Origin: a virus
Lineage: Duplodnaviria; Caudoviricetes
IMG/VR virus record: IMGVR_UViG_3300036770_007283
Strand: one strand, 5' to 3'
DNA length: 64,000 nucleotides
A program made the translations under genes and the position numbers. The notes beneath the pieces are model-generated. The model had not been told where the DNA came from and did no database searches. It was given only the letters and a program-made list of their open reading frames with translations. How positions within the stretch are numbered: the stretch's first letter is position 1; each line of letters opens with the position of its first letter. Of this stretch, positions 27,739-35,932 are shown piece by piece.

Positions 27739-30700
27739 ATGGAAGACAAGTTAGTAAAGCTTTATAATACAATCAAAAAATCATCGGGCAATCAAAAGGT
27801 TTTAAATAATTTATCCGATTTAATATCGGAATTCTCTGATGGAAGCATTATTAAAAATGCTTCTGATACAAAAGAAGCTCTTCGTGATAAGCTTAGGCGT
27901 CGGAACGAAGCACCTGCTAAGGTAGAAGAAGCAGGAAGAGAAAAAGAACTTATTGGTGGAGGCGAAAGTAGCCCACTACCAGACAGTAATGAAGATAAGC
28001 CTGAAGCTATACCTGCACCTAAAGATGAGCCTAAGAACCAAACTGATAGCACCAAATCAAATGTGAATACTAGTGATGTAAAAAAACCAGAAGGCAAAGG
28101 TAAAGGTGGGGATACATCTTTTAATCCATTTTCAAAAGGCTCTAAAGCTAAGGGTCTATTTCCCAAATCAGACGTACCAAAGGCGAGTGTAGGTTCTGAA
28201 GGTAAAACCCCAACCCCAAAAATGGAAATACCAAAAGGTAAAGAAAAGACGCAGATAGAAATGGAGTTTGAAGAATTTCTAAAAGACAGACTTAATGATC
28301 CTATGCTTAAAATCTATGAAGATGTTATAAGAAGGGACCGCCAGTTTTATCCTTATGGCAAGACTCTAGAAGAAATATTTCCTGAACATTATAAAGAAGT
28401 ATCAGTAGGCAAAGGAGCAACCGGCAAACAAGTGCCTTCAACAAAAGATGCGCCAAAAGATGCACCAAAAGATGATGAAAAGAAAGTTGTACCTGCGGCA
28501 CCTAAGGTTGAAGAAGTTGTTACAGAATACATTGAAGCAAAGGGCCCAAAGCCCATAACTATTGATAATGATGAACGATTATATAAACTCGACAGTGGTA
28601 TTTTAAGTATATATACTGTTGGTGGTAAATTTCTCTATAATCTAGATATAAAAACTATTGTACATTTAGAAGAGCCTCGTATTTTATACGAAAAAAATGT
28701 ATTTACATTGGTTAACGAAAATAATGAGCCGTATAATATTGTGCTTGATGAAAATACACAACAAATTTATAATGAAGCACAAGAAAATATAACTCAACCT
28801 GAATACATTAAAGAGGATGATGAGGGCCAGTTTAATGATGTAAGATTACCGCCAGCCCCTGCAGAAGGTGTTCAAGAAGCCGGCATTGCACCACCACAAG
28901 ATGAAAAGAACAAAGAAGTGGATGATAAAATAAGTGAGCTAAGAAATCACATCAAAGATACAATAGGCCCAAATACAGCGCTATTCAATGTGGCAACAGA
29001 AATAGTTAATAACTACGAAGAACAGATGAGAATAAATCCAAAATCTAAAAAACTAAAAATAGAAGATATTAATAATATAATAAATTTGAAAAACTATGAT
29101 GAAGGCCGAGGTGGTCGTCTTATCCCAAGTATTAAGAACATGAATATTGCAGGAAAAATAAAAGCGGCAATACCGGCAATTAATGATATGAAAATCAATG
29201 AATTCAGGCAGTCGCTACTTTCTGAAAAGCCTACAGAAACAGCCGAAGTAAATGAATCACCACCAGCCGAAGATGTGGCTGTCGCAGAAAAGCCTAGTGG
29301 AGCAGCACAGCCTAATAAGGAAGTAACCTTTGCTGAAGGTGAATCCCCTGTTGAAGAAATACTGGGCCATAGATTATACATGGACTTTCAAATTGTGAAC
29401 GCCGGTGTTCCGCCAACTGAACCCGCGGTAAAAGAAAAATATGATAAAATATATGAATTAGAAGGATTTGATACTTCTTATCATACTAAATATAAAGAAA
29501 ATAAAGAACTTATAGATAGTATTTACCATTTAAATATGGACAATGACGCGTACGCTTCAAGTGTTAATTTTTCTGTAGAAAGTGCATTTAATCGTGCATA
29601 TACAGTCTTTGTCTTGCTGGGTATCATAAAGGATGATTCAGATTTAAATGAGATGATTAGAGGAATTAATAAAGTTAGTATTAAAAATAATAATGAAGAT
29701 TCAAAAATATATACGACCTATTTGAATATGACAAAAGATATACAACTTTTAAAAGATTTTAATGTAGATGACCTAAGTGAACAAGACAAACGAGCACAAA
29801 ATAAGTTGGACTTTTGTAGGCTTTATCTATCAGAGAGTGATAGCCTAGAGGATATATTACCTTTCAATATAGATGACGCTGTTATTAATATCTACCAACC
29901 AGTTGGAGAAGGTCGTCTTTCATTTGCTATTAAAGACGTTATTGATCGCGTTTTTAATATAGCAAAAATATACGAATTTTATAACAACCATAATAGTGAG
30001 AGAGGTTATGCTTCTAATGTTTCTGCCGAACTTTTTATATCTAGATTTAATCTAGATTTAATTAGATTTAATTATATCAACCATATTAAACTTAGTAATC
30101 ACTGGCGCTCTAAGTATGATAAAATAAAAAAAATCAAAGACGCAGAAGGTTTTGATAATGCTATTATTCAAGAAGCATATAAAAATAATAAAACAAAAGC
30201 TGATAAAATATACTCAACAGAATTGGAAGATAGTTCAAGTATCCTAATGCGAAGAAGTAATCAAGACGTTATTAACCGCCTATTTGAAGTATTTAAATTT
30301 TCAAATTTGGTTGATGAGTCCGATATTCCTGCCGAAGAAAATGTGGGGGCTTATGAACAAACTTTTGATGAAGATATTATATCGTCAGAATTTGAGTCAG
30401 TATTATTGCGCATAAATAAAGACGTAACTACATTGGGCAAGATAAATGCCGATACTCTTTCGCCCGAATTGAAAGTTAATTATGAAGATATTATTAAATC
30501 TCGTAACTTGCTTGATTCAAAAAATATTATAGCAACATTTATGAACCATAAAGATAAGAAAATTATTATAAGTGATCTACTAAAGATAGTTAGTGACACC
30601 AAAGAATATTATACTGGAGAAGAAACAGACAAACAGCTTATTGAACGTATGTCCAAATACCTTAATTTTATTAAGAATAAAATTTCAAATACTCCCCCAA

Positions 30701-32745
30701 CAGAGAAAGAACTTACCGAAGTTAAAACTCCAGCTGATATAAACCCTGAATTGGTGACTGAATTTTCAGAACAAGAACAAACAGCAGAACCTGCTCAAAG
30801 TACAACAGAAACTGTATACAATGAAAATGATGAAGTAAAAGAAAAACTCTCGAAAAGAATAAACGATGACTTCGATAAATTAAAGAAAATTAATACAGAT
30901 GAACTTAACCAAGATAAACTAAAAAAATATAATGATGTTGAAAAACTTAATATAAGTAAGGCTTTAGCAGCAGTTAGTAATATATTCGAAGAAAAAAAGT
31001 ATGAACTTTCAAGTCTGTATCTTTTAGAAGAAAAAAATATCCAACAACACATGACAGATACTGACGTTATTGACCGACTATTTAAATTGTCTAACCTAAT
31101 CCAAACAGAACCTACTTCTGAACCTGCAGCTGAAGCTGCAACTACTGTTAGGATTCCAGCGCAGTCGAATGACCTAGGGCTATCTGGTGATATCAGTCAG
31201 GCCACTATGCTAGGTTTGGTTGGCTATATAAATAGGCTTAATGGCTTAGGCGGCAGTAGGGATACAGACGTTATAAATTATCATAATAGTACAAAAGAAA
31301 AAATCATTCCAATAATAAATGAAATATTTAGACTAGCCAAGAAACGTGGTGATTATTACTCAACATTTAAGACCCTTAAAAAAGAGATTGATGAATTAGC
31401 TGAAAAACCAAATGCCAGTAAGACAGTACAAGTTGCTAAATATTTAAATGATTTAATCTCACAATTTGAAACTGCAAAAAATGATTTAGAAGCAAAAATC
31501 AAAGAAAAGGAAGAACAAGACTCAAAAGCTAAGCAAGAAGCTGAGTCCACCAAGACTTCAGAGTTACAAAATAAGATTCAACAACTACCAGAATATTTTT
31601 CCAATGCTTTTAATACTTTAATTAGTATGTCTGATGATCAAAAAATAATACAATTAAAAAGCGGCAAGGATGTAAACGTTGAAGATTATTTTAAGAATAC
31701 AATCTTCGTCATTCCAAGTATCCCTAATATAGATGATTTTGTTGAAAAAATGAGTCATGAAATTTCCAATAGTACAAAACTTGGAGATAAACTTGTAGAA
31801 ATCTGGATCGACAAAAGAAGTAATGAATTTTATAATAGAAAAATTAATGAAAAAATTTATAATACCGGATTCTTGGTCCAAAAGTACATGCGGCCTAGAC
31901 CTACTAAAAAACAAGAGGATACAACCGATCCATCTGGTACAAAACAAGAAACGCATCCTGCACCTAGTGAAAAAGCTGAAAAAGCTGAAGAAGCTACAAG
32001 AACTAGCATGGATGATTTACTTAATATGATTGGTCAAACACCGGAGAAAAGTGTAGCAGAACCAACTGCATCTGAAACTGCAACTGAAGATAGGCCACCT
32101 GCAACCAAAGAAGTCAATCAACCAGAGAAAGAAGGTAGAACAAGACAAAATCAAAATCAAAATCAAAACCAAAGAGCACTTGGTAGATTGCTTAGTACTA
32201 GAACAGAAGGAGCACCTGGGGGCCTTGCTGAAAAGATTGTGACGCCAGTAGTCGAACCAGAAGTAACAGCACCGCCAGCAGAACCTTCCGAACCACCATC
32301 AAAACCAGCAGAGTTACCACCAACACCACAACCACCACCCGAAATTCAAGAGCCCAAGGTGGTTAAGAAAGCTGATAAACTATTAAAATTTATAAAAGAT
32401 ACCAATCAAAATCGTGACATTGTTATTGTAGGAAATGATAAAGGTAATAAAAAATATTCACTTTATAGGGGTGAAGACACTAATAATGAATGGGTGTATT
32501 TTGAGGGTGTTATTATCGAAAATAAGAAAGCAAAATACAACAACATAAGCCAACCAGAAGGTGTAAATACAGCTTTAGAACAGCTTCGTGAGATAGCAGA
32601 TCTTGATAAATATATAAAAGATAGCAATGTCGAAGTAAATGAAGTTAATACGGCAAAAAAACAAGGGCTTATAGACTTAAACAGTATCTTAATTAGTGAG
32701 AGAACAATTAACAATACAAATACATTTAACAAGCTATTAGTTTAA
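27739..32745 (+). CDS. very large acidic low-complexity protein (about 1670 aa), possible internal virion protein
   Basis: Long ORF; GGAG RBS at MEDKLVKL; P/E/K-rich linkers; repeated DVI[DN]R[VL]F blocks. Confidence 0.85.
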   Translation: MEDKLVKLYNTIKKSSGNQKVLNNLSDLISEFSDGSIIKNASDTKEALRDKLRRRNEAPAKVEEAGREKELIGGGESSPLPDSNEDKPEAIPAPKDEPKNQTDSTKSNVNTSDVKKPEGKGKGGDTSFNPFSKGSKAKGLFPKSDVPKASVGSEGKTPTPKMEIPKGKEKTQIEMEFEEFLKDRLNDPMLKIYEDVIRRDRQFYPYGKTLEEIFPEHYKEVSVGKGATGKQVPSTKDAPKDAPKDDEKKVVPAAPKVEEVVTEYIEAKGPKPITIDNDERLYKLDSGILSIYTVGGKFLYNLDIKTIVHLEEPRILYEKNVFTLVNENNEPYNIVLDENTQQIYNEAQENITQPEYIKEDDEGQFNDVRLPPAPAEGVQEAGIAPPQDEKNKEVDDKISELRNHIKDTIGPNTALFNVATEIVNNYEEQMRINPKSKKLKIEDINNIINLKNYDEGRGGRLIPSIKNMNIAGKIKAAIPAINDMKINEFRQSLLSEKPTETAEVNESPPAEDVAVAEKPSGAAQPNKEVTFAEGESPVEEILGHRLYMDFQIVNAGVPPTEPAVKEKYDKIYELEGFDTSYHTKYKENKELIDSIYHLNMDNDAYASSVNFSVESAFNRAYTVFVLLGIIKDDSDLNEMIRGINKVSIKNNNEDSKIYTTYLNMTKDIQLLKDFNVDDLSEQDKRAQNKLDFCRLYLSESDSLEDILPFNIDDAVINIYQPVGEGRLSFAIKDVIDRVFNIAKIYEFYNNHNSERGYASNVSAELFISRFNLDLIRFNYINHIKLSNHWRSKYDKIKKIKDAEGFDNAIIQEAYKNNKTKADKIYSTELEDSSSILMRRSNQDVINRLFEVFKFSNLVDESDIPAEENVGAYEQTFDEDIISSEFESVLLRINKDVTTLGKINADTLSPELKVNYEDIIKSRNLLDSKNIIATFMNHKDKKIIISDLLKIVSDTKEYYTGEETDKQLIERMSKYLNFIKNKISNTPPTEKELTEVKTPADINPELVTEFSEQEQTAEPAQSTTETVYNENDEVKEKLSKRINDDFDKLKKINTDELNQDKLKKYNDVEKLNISKALAAVSNIFEEKKYELSSLYLLEEKNIQQHMTDTDVIDRLFKLSNLIQTEPTSEPAAEAATTVRIPAQSNDLGLSGDISQATMLGLVGYINRLNGLGGSRDTDVINYHNSTKEKIIPIINEIFRLAKKRGDYYSTFKTLKKEIDELAEKPNASKTVQVAKYLNDLISQFETAKNDLEAKIKEKEEQDSKAKQEAESTKTSELQNKIQQLPEYFSNAFNTLISMSDDQKIIQLKSGKDVNVEDYFKNTIFVIPSIPNIDDFVEKMSHEISNSTKLGDKLVEIWIDKRSNEFYNRKINEKIYNTGFLVQKYMRPRPTKKQEDTTDPSGTKQETHPAPSEKAEKAEEATRTSMDDLLNMIGQTPEKSVAEPTASETATEDRPPATKEVNQPEKEGRTRQNQNQNQNQRALGRLLSTRTEGAPGGLAEKIVTPVVEPEVTAPPAEPSEPPSKPAELPPTPQPPPEIQEPKVVKKADKLLKFIKDTNQNRDIVIVGNDKGNKKYSLYRGEDTNNEWVYFEGVIIENKKAKYNNISQPEGVNTALEQLREIADLDKYIKDSNVEVNEVNTAKKQGLIDLNSILISERTINNTNTFNKLLV

Positions 32746-33185
32746 TAATCTCTAAAACTTTTAGAGAGTAAATAACCAATAGAGTCGCCAGCATTTTCTT
32801 CGTTCAAATGCCGCCCTTCTAAAATTAGATTTGATGGACCCAAAAAGTAATAACATGCTTGGTTGGGTCCATTATTTGTTTTGCCACCCTTTGTTAGACG
32901 ATACCATTCTCGATAAGCATCTTGTTGATACAAATCCTTAGTTACCTTAGACCAAGAATCACCATTAAAATACCAAACCACATAAGGGTCTTTGATTTTT
33001 GAACTCCGACTCCTCCAATTTCCAAAAGCTTTTGCAATATCTAAGACCAACTCTTCATCGAAACCTAACTCTGAATTGGAACCATTTTCCAATCCAGAAG
33101 ACAAGCTGTTATAAATATCCATAGAATATAAAGAAATTAATTCCATCGCCTCTTTGATTGACTTATTAGACATTGTTTTCTCCAA
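32742..33185 (-). CDS. hypothetical protein
   Basis: 147-aa ORF. Confidence 0.7.
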   Translation of the reverse strand: MEKTMSNKSIKEAMELISLYSMDIYNSLSSGLENGSNSELGFDEELVLDIAKAFGNWRSRSSKIKDPYVVWYFNGDSWSKVTKDLYQQDAYREWYRLTKGGKTNNGPNQACYYFLGPSNLILEGRHLNEENAGDSIGYLLSKSFRDY

Positions 33186-33212
33186 AAACTATTTATATTT
33201 TTCTATAAAATC

Positions 33213-33581
33213 ATGAAAGATAAACTAAAAAAACTAGCTCAAGAAATTAAACAATGGGATTTGGAAAGATGCTATCAAATTGAAAAATTAGCTGGCAGAT
33301 ATGACAAAGCAATTTCACCACCTCCTGAAGGTTTACAGCATTGTATTAAATATATAATCTATCTAAAACTAATGAGAAATTTAGATGATGCTTCATTCCA
33401 CGCCTTAAAAAGAAAGTATCGAGATACCAAAACCGAAATACAGCTAGAATGTCAAAAAGAATTAGATAAATTAATTTTAGAAGATGCTATTAAACAGAAA
33501 ATCCCTTCTTCGACCATAAGAAGGGAGTTTCAAGATAGATTTGAAAAGTATTTTCCAACATATATAAAAGAAGATTCTTAA
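33213..33581 (+). CDS. hypothetical protein
   Basis: 122-aa ORF, LKKLA/EKLA motifs. Confidence 0.7.
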   Translation: MKDKLKKLAQEIKQWDLERCYQIEKLAGRYDKAISPPPEGLQHCIKYIIYLKLMRNLDDASFHALKRKYRDTKTEIQLECQKELDKLILEDAIKQKIPSSTIRREFQDRFEKYFPTYIKEDS

Positions 33582-33591
33582 AAATAAGATA

Positions 33592-33745
33592 AAGTCAGGA
33601 TGGGATTTTAACCCACCTCCTCTCCTAAAAGAACGTTAGTATTGCAAATTGAAAGAAAATCAAATAAAGATTAATTTGCAATTAATTTTATATTTTGCGA
33701 GCGCTCTGTAGTTCTTTCTACTAGGTATCATTGAGCTACTGACTT
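33592..33745 (-). ncRNA. tRNA-framed structured RNA, copy 1 (154 nt)
   Basis: Acceptor AAGTCAG/CTGACTT, D-stem GCTC/GAGC, T-arm GGTGGG-TTAAAAT-CCCATC; structured insert in place of the anticodon loop. Confidence 0.75.
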
Positions 33746-34107
33746 TACTTATTGTTTAAGAATGTTCTCAAATTAAACACAATTTCTTCTTTAGCTTTAT
33801 TAGAAATAAGATTACTGTCCAAAACTTCTTCCAGCGAAGTGTCTAAAAACTTTTTCTTATTTTTCTGTTTTAACTTCCAAATAAGTTTAATATCAACAAA
33901 CTCACCAATCCCACTTGGCCAAAAAACTTTTTTAACTATCAGAAAGAATCTACTTCCACGGATGTTAAATATTTCTGCATCTGGTGAATAGGCTGGACCT
34001 ATTTTTGTTAGTACAAAAGTATTCAAACTATTTAATTCATTTATTTTCTTCTGAAATCTGTCTTGGGCATCTTCATAGCTCTCAAATAAATTGTCTAATG
34101 AAATCAT
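33745..34107 (-). CDS. C-terminal-motif paralogue family member, between the two tRNA-like RNAs
   Basis: MISLDNLF...SLEEVLDSNLISNKAKEEIVFNLRTF; start trimmed to 34107. Confidence 0.7.
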   Translation of the reverse strand: MISLDNLFESYEDAQDRFQKKINELNSLNTFVLTKIGPAYSPDAEIFNIRGSRFFLIVKKVFWPSGIGEFVDIKLIWKLKQKNKKKFLDTSLEEVLDSNLISNKAKEEIVFNLRTFLNNK

Positions 34108-34117
34108 GTTGCACCAA

Positions 34118-34281
34118 AAGCCGGGGCGGGATTTTAACCCGCCTCCTCTCCTAACTATTAGGTATATAATACAAACTGGAAGAAGCCTATCGGCTAATCT
34201 GTATCTCAAATGCTTAAAAACATAGAATCTTATGGAGCGCTCTGTAGTTCCTCCTACTAAGTATCATTGAGCTACCGGCTT
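34118..34281 (-). ncRNA. tRNA-framed structured RNA, copy 2 (164 nt)
   Basis: Acceptor AAGCCGG/CCGGCTT, D-stem GCTC/GAGC, T-arm GGCGGG-TTAAAAT-CCCGCC; compensatory changes vs copy 1. Confidence 0.75.
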
Positions 34282-34319
34282 TTTAAATGGTACCAATTTT
34301 GCTTTGGGCTTTCAAAAAA

Positions 34320-34706
34320 TTATATTTCTACCAGATTATATAAAATAGTGACTAAGGTAATTCTGTATTGCAATTCTATTTTAAGAGGCCCAGAAACATA
34401 CGCAATCTTCTCACCTAATGTTATTTCTGAAATATAAGTAGTAAACCATACTTCTATCTTATGGCAGACCAATTCTATATATTTTTCCATTTCACCATCA
34501 TCGTAGTCGAAGACTTCATATGAATGAACTGGAACTATTACCTTAGCCTCTCTAATTGGCTCTAGCGGAAGGCTAGTATCAAATGTAATATGACGATCAT
34601 AAATGGCTGGATTAAGCCAAGCCATTTTATGATCGCCACCTCTTTGCTCTAATTTTAGGATTACTTTACCTCTTATTTCTTGCTCTACTTGCTCTCTGTA
34701 TGACAT
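34320..34706 (-). CDS. hypothetical protein
   Basis: 128-aa ORF. Confidence 0.7.
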   Translation of the reverse strand: MSYREQVEQEIRGKVILKLEQRGGDHKMAWLNPAIYDRHITFDTSLPLEPIREAKVIVPVHSYEVFDYDDGEMEKYIELVCHKIEVWFTTYISEITLGEKIAYVSGPLKIELQYRITLVTILYNLVEI

Positions 34707-34867
34707 TGATTTTCTCGCTCAATACGAAGCAAAACATCTTTTTTTTCTTCATCTGTCATACCTCGCCATGTGCGAAATTCATCAACGGTTCTTTTGCAGC
34801 CAAGACAGGTGTTTGTTACTTCGTCAAAGTTACAATTTTTAATGCAGGGTGATTTTACCATTTCCAC
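34685..34867 (-). CDS. DUF1289-like Cys-rich protein
   Basis: SPCIKNC...CLGCKRTVDEF..W..MTDEEK. Confidence 0.85.
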   Translation of the reverse strand: MEMVKSPCIKNCNFDEVTNTCLGCKRTVDEFRTWRGMTDEEKKDVLLRIERENQCHTESK

Positions 34868-34957
34868 ATCCTTATTTGGTTTGGGAAGTAATAAAACAAC
34901 AGATGCACAACACCTTTATTATAAAAATTCCCAGATATTTTAGTCTGGGAATAATTA

Positions 34958-35239
34958 TCAATGGGCTGGAGTGGTTGGTACGGCAGTAGTAGTTGGTGTA
35001 ACTGTGGTTGTAGTTGGGGTAACAGTTGTAACACCATCTACAACTACTGGAGTAACTTCAGTAGTGGTAACTGCTTCTGATACACCGGTGGTTACATCAG
35101 TAGATGAAACTGGGGTTACAACAGGTGCAGGGGTAACTACTGCTGCGGCATCGGTATCTTGCACACTTGGGGTCTGCTCACTTACCTCAACGCCACCACA
35201 AGCAGTTAAAAATAGTGTCATCCATACTAACTTAGTCAT
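34958..35239 (-). CDS. Thr/Val/Pro-rich lipoprotein
   Basis: Lipobox LTAC; mucin-like TTP repeats. Confidence 0.8.
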   Translation of the reverse strand: MTKLVWMTLFLTACGGVEVSEQTPSVQDTDAAAVVTPAPVVTPVSSTDVTTGVSEAVTTTEVTPVVVDGVTTVTPTTTTVTPTTTAVPTTPAH

Positions 35240-35362
35240 CTTGTCTCCTTTTATTTATTAACTTATTTTTGCAAGTTAATAATCTATTGTTAAAACTTGA
35301 ACAGACTTTAAAGTCCGAACAAGACCATCATACCAACTTTAAAAATATTTTTTAAAGTATTT

Positions 35363-35453
35363 TGGCGGGGCCAGAAAGATTTGAACTTTCGCCACCCTTA
35401 CGGATGCTAAGTGCTTAGCAAGCACTCCTCTTAGACCACTTGAGTATGACCCC
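35363..35453 (-). tRNA. tRNA-Ser(GCU)
   Basis: Full cloverleaf, anticodon loop TT-GCT-AA, long variable arm, G73, encoded CCA. Confidence 0.95.
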
Positions 35454-35462
35454 TTAAAATTA

Positions 35463-35789
35463 TCATTCCTTATATGATATCAATTCTACCTGCGCTAGTC
35501 CTTTTAATAGTGGCACAACATCTATTGGAATTTTAGCCATAATAATAGATGTTGTACCTATACCATCGTTATTGCAATATTCATAGATAGTATCTTCTGA
35601 TATTATTCCGCCATGCTTAGTAATAAAATTACAAACAATAAAAAAATTTGTAGTGGTGTCAAATCTAGATTTTCTTATTTGTTCTGCAAATTCCGAAGCC
35701 TGCTTGTTTAGATCTGAAGTTTTCTTTATTTTTTTTAGGTCTATAGAAACTTTTAAGATCTGAATTTTACAATTTAAAAAGTTATTCAT
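35463..35789 (-). CDS. hypothetical protein
   Basis: 108-aa ORF. Confidence 0.6.
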   Translation of the reverse strand: MNNFLNCKIQILKVSIDLKKIKKTSDLNKQASEFAEQIRKSRFDTTTNFFIVCNFITKHGGIISEDTIYEYCNNDGIGTTSIIMAKIPIDVVPLLKGLAQVELISYKE

Positions 35790-35799
35790 AATAAATAAA

Positions 35800-35869
35800 A
35801 AGAGGGTCTGGATTTCGAGCCAGAATCTCCTAGATACAACCTAGGGCTTTGAAGATTAAGCTACCCTCT
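35800..35869 (-). tRNA. atypical/pseudo tRNA with UGU (Thr) anticodon
   Basis: AGAGGGT/ACCCTCT acceptor, CCTAG-GTTGTAT-CTAGG arm, 4-bp T-stem with 8-nt loop, no D-loop GG, no CCA. Confidence 0.5.
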
Positions 35870-35932
35870 ATGATATTTATACGATAAGGTCTATACCCTT
35901 TCAATAAAAGATTAAACTTTAAAATTATATTT

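Noticed and set aside
32146-32172. (CAAAAT)n microsatellite
   Set aside because: In-frame Gln-Asn low-complexity linker; the 6-nt unit cannot phase-shift the frame.
34108-34209. N-terminal extension of track ORF 33745..34209
   Set aside because: It runs through the structured RNA copy 2; ATG 34107 gives a protein matching the paralogue family.
33592-34281. tmRNA or group I intron interpretation of the tRNA-framed RNAs
   Set aside because: No G3.U70, no CCA and no credible tag ORF; a D-stem is present, unlike tmRNA. The inserts are far too short and lack a recognisable group I core.
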